Below are positions 61,334 to 64,000 of a stretch of 64,000 bases of DNA, in pieces. The position numbers and the translations under genes are program-made. Origin of the DNA: Nemertoderma westbladi (Eukaryota; Animalia; Xenacoelomorpha). Location: assembly GCA_032718475.1 (NCBI GenBank), contig JAUCBJ010008910.1, positions 14,300 to 78,299 of the forward strand, written 5' to 3'. The notes beneath the pieces were generated by a model. The model had not been told where the DNA came from. It saw only the letters and a list, made by a program, of their open reading frames with translations, and searched no databases. The stretch's first letter is position 1, and every line of letters starts with the position of its first letter.

Positions 61334-61810
61334 TGTTAAGCGATCAGAGGACGTTAATCCTTACTGATAAGCGGTCTGACTTGGTCCAACGCAATCTCTT
61401 AATTTTGAACACAGGCAGAACCTCCAGAACCGTCTGCTAAAATATGTTACTATTAAGGACTATACGGCTCTGACAATTATTCGCTCCTTTCTCTGTTGAT
61501 TTCTCAACAGAGAGCTAACTGTTCGAATCTATAAGCCACACAGCAATAACCAAAACAATAAATCTGAAATGGCTCCCTAAGCTACTTAAGATGAGTGCGG
61601 GTGGTCTAGCACTCGGCGTTCACTTATCACAGAAACACTGGAAGTTATCGGGTGGAAATATGTCGAATGTGAGAATAATTTAATACTATAATAGGATAGA
61701 CTGCTTATTTGTCCTAATGTCAAACTTGGCCTTAGGCTGGCTTTAAACCAGCAAATTACTACTGTATACTAGCTACCACGGTCAGCCCTTCAACCCGCTA
61801 TTTTCAAATA
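61334..61810 (-). mobile_element. Truncated LTR of a third BEL-2-related family
   Basis: Starts TGTTAAG exactly where copy-B homology stops. ACCAAAACAATAAATCTGA..TGGCT.CC.AAGCTACTTAA matches 43622-43662. The right end is uncertain. Confidence 0.7.
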
Positions 61811-62340
61811 GCCATGCAATTTTATACCCATAAAATGTCTCATCAGTTTCATGACCACAATACCATACTAATCGATATTAGGGAGGGTGTCGCTCTCTCA
61901 GCCTTGAGCAATTTGAATAAAACGTGTTTCCATGTCAACAGCGACTGAGACCCTAGCAACTGCTATTATAAACACTCAATATCAAGAAATGTTACACCAA
62001 ATTGGTTTCTAACGATGATTGCCAATCCAATGAACCCAGTCCCGAAGCAATGTTGCCATGGTAACCGTTGTTAGTGGCAGTAATCTTCGGGAAACGCTAT
62101 ATTTAACACCAATTTAAGCAATATAAAACTACAGTGACTGTACTCCTAGTATATCAAGGTTATTCAACTTAGTTTCCAGTCACGGTTATCATCGTGGCTA
62201 AGTACAATAGGATCTCCATAGGCCCCCTACCAACCAGCGATATAAGCATTATTGACTATGATATCAAGATATATATATTCCACTGTACCGTCACTGGGTT
62301 TCTATTTCCCCGACCAGTCATTAAAATATATAAATTTCGC

Positions 62341-64000
62341 ACTACTACTAGGATCGGCATGCTGCATTGCAGCTGCATTTTTAAGAATGCTGTACCGGCT
62401 TGTCGAAAAAATTGCGCCGCCACAACTCCCTATCACCCATGACATTTGCTAGATCATCCGCATCTTCAAGGCCAGTGTCCTTTAAGATGCGTCTTAAGAA
62501 AGTCATGGGCTGTCCACCATGCTTATTCATGAGGCTACCTCATGAGGCTATTCCATGAGGCTACCAAAACACAAGATTATGCACTGGCTGGTCCTCACAG
62601 CGAAAGCAATGTCCTTCAAAGCAGAGGCAACTTTGTTCTAGTGTCAAGCTTGGGGGAACCAATGAGACACTTCCAATGTTATATAGTGTCTGGTTGGAGA
62701 TGTGTGCATTGTACTTGACACAATGAACCCGGCGTAGCATTCTTGTGAATGTGCCATCCAGCGATTTGGAGTCCTCAGCAGTTAGAGCCCAGCATGGACT
62801 CCCGTAGAGGAGTACTGGAACTACTGCTTATCTAAATAATCGGACCTTAAGTTTCCGATTAATTCTCTGTGACTTCCAACTATCTGGAAAGCCTATTCAT
62901 TATTATTCATTATTATTATTATTATTATCATTATTATTCATTATTATCCTTCTAAGTACTAAAATGGGCTCCATGGTCCTACAACCTTTATGGAACCCAT
63001 TCTGATTTCTACAAAGCAGTCTCTTAATGGGATCCCTGATGCGATTTAATAGAATTCTATTGTAAAGCTTTGCAGCAATCGAGATCAATGAGATTCCCTG
63101 AAAAGAACCATAGAGTGTTAGGTTGCCCTTCCCGGGAACTGGCACCAACTTATTTGTTTTCATTTCTTGTGGGACTCTTGTTGTTCGGTACATGTCTACT
63201 ATGATGGGATAGATGAGCTTTAAACACTCAGGTATTTTAAAGACCTCAGGGGGAACACCATCTACTCCACTGGCACGATTGGTCTTAATGCTCTTTGCAG
63301 CAGCCTTCACTTCTGCAAAGGATATATCGCCAATGGGACTATCTGGGAGTACAGACTCAGACACTTTTACTTCTATAAAGTTATCAGGCAATACCCTGTC
63401 ATTATTGAGGAGCTTTTCAAAGTGGGCCTTCCAACCATTGAGGCGATCGGCTGGTGATTCAGCCTTAACCTTGGTGGTTGGTTGGCTTTTCCAACCAGTA
63501 AGCAAGTTGATCGATTTCCATGCCTGGGATGATTGCTTGCTGTCGTCAGCATCATTGATGGCATCAACCTGTTGGTTTATTAGCTCCTGTAGATTAACAT
63601 AGTACTGCCTGTTCAGGGCCTAGATGCAGCCTTAACTACATTCTTGGCCGCTGTAGTCTGTTTGAGTCGGGACTCTTTCTGCGCCTTAAAGAGGTCATTT
63701 CGGCACTTCTGAATTTTGTAGTCAGTCCAGGGGGCCCTTTTCCTGTTTCACGGGTATACAGGAACTGTTTCTGCAGCTGCTAACTTAACTGCTTCTGTGA
63801 AGGCAGTATAGCCTTCACAGTGATCTGCCGGAATGATATGGACTCATAGTGGACCCAGTGGTCCCAAGTCCCAGATAGACCATATTCTGTTTCGTAGGAA
63901 GTACAGGAGCTCTATACAAGACTGTAATGCATTTACACTTCAACCCTTCTCCAGTGATCACCGCCTTATTGTGCCCAAGGTAGGACTTAGTCTGCGTGCT
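62341..64000 (-). mobile_element. RTE family 1 copy with an internal deletion and an inverted 5' segment
   Basis: (TAG)n tail at 62341. The RT core is replaced by (ATT)n at about 62899-62945. From about 63837 the sequence is the reverse complement of 4084-3922. Confidence 0.9.

Overview
AT-rich eukaryotic (probably invertebrate) DNA made almost entirely of nested transposable elements. The only host gene is an intronless SLC18B1-like MFS transporter, present twice: intact at 38277-39590(-) and frameshifted at the left edge. The two copies belong to a segmental duplication offset by about 39 kb. Two RTE LINE families are present, including one intact full-length copy (1700-5463) with a 27-bp TSD. 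There are two deep nests. Nest 1: TIR element > RTE > BEL/Pao element with 2.1-kb LTRs (15661-35987) > short-LTR Gypsy (25060-29352). Nest 2: RTE > pol-less BEL/Pao element with 1.8-kb LTRs (43497-60102) > 4.2-kb composite insertion. The most unusual signals are cis-acting features of the LTR elements. In BEL-1: (1) ten dispersed copies of one 20-nt tetraloop hairpin, conserved regardless of reading frame and showing a compensatory base-pair change; (2) a non-env 3' accessory exon with a canonical splice acceptor that joins in frame to ATG+donor units tandemly repeated in the leader; (3) a tRNA-like Pol III cassette inside the LTR; (4) no canonical PBS. In the Gypsy: TA..TA LTR ends and a primer site matching the first 12 nt (5' end) of a tRNA. 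All coordinates were read by eye, and no database search was run.
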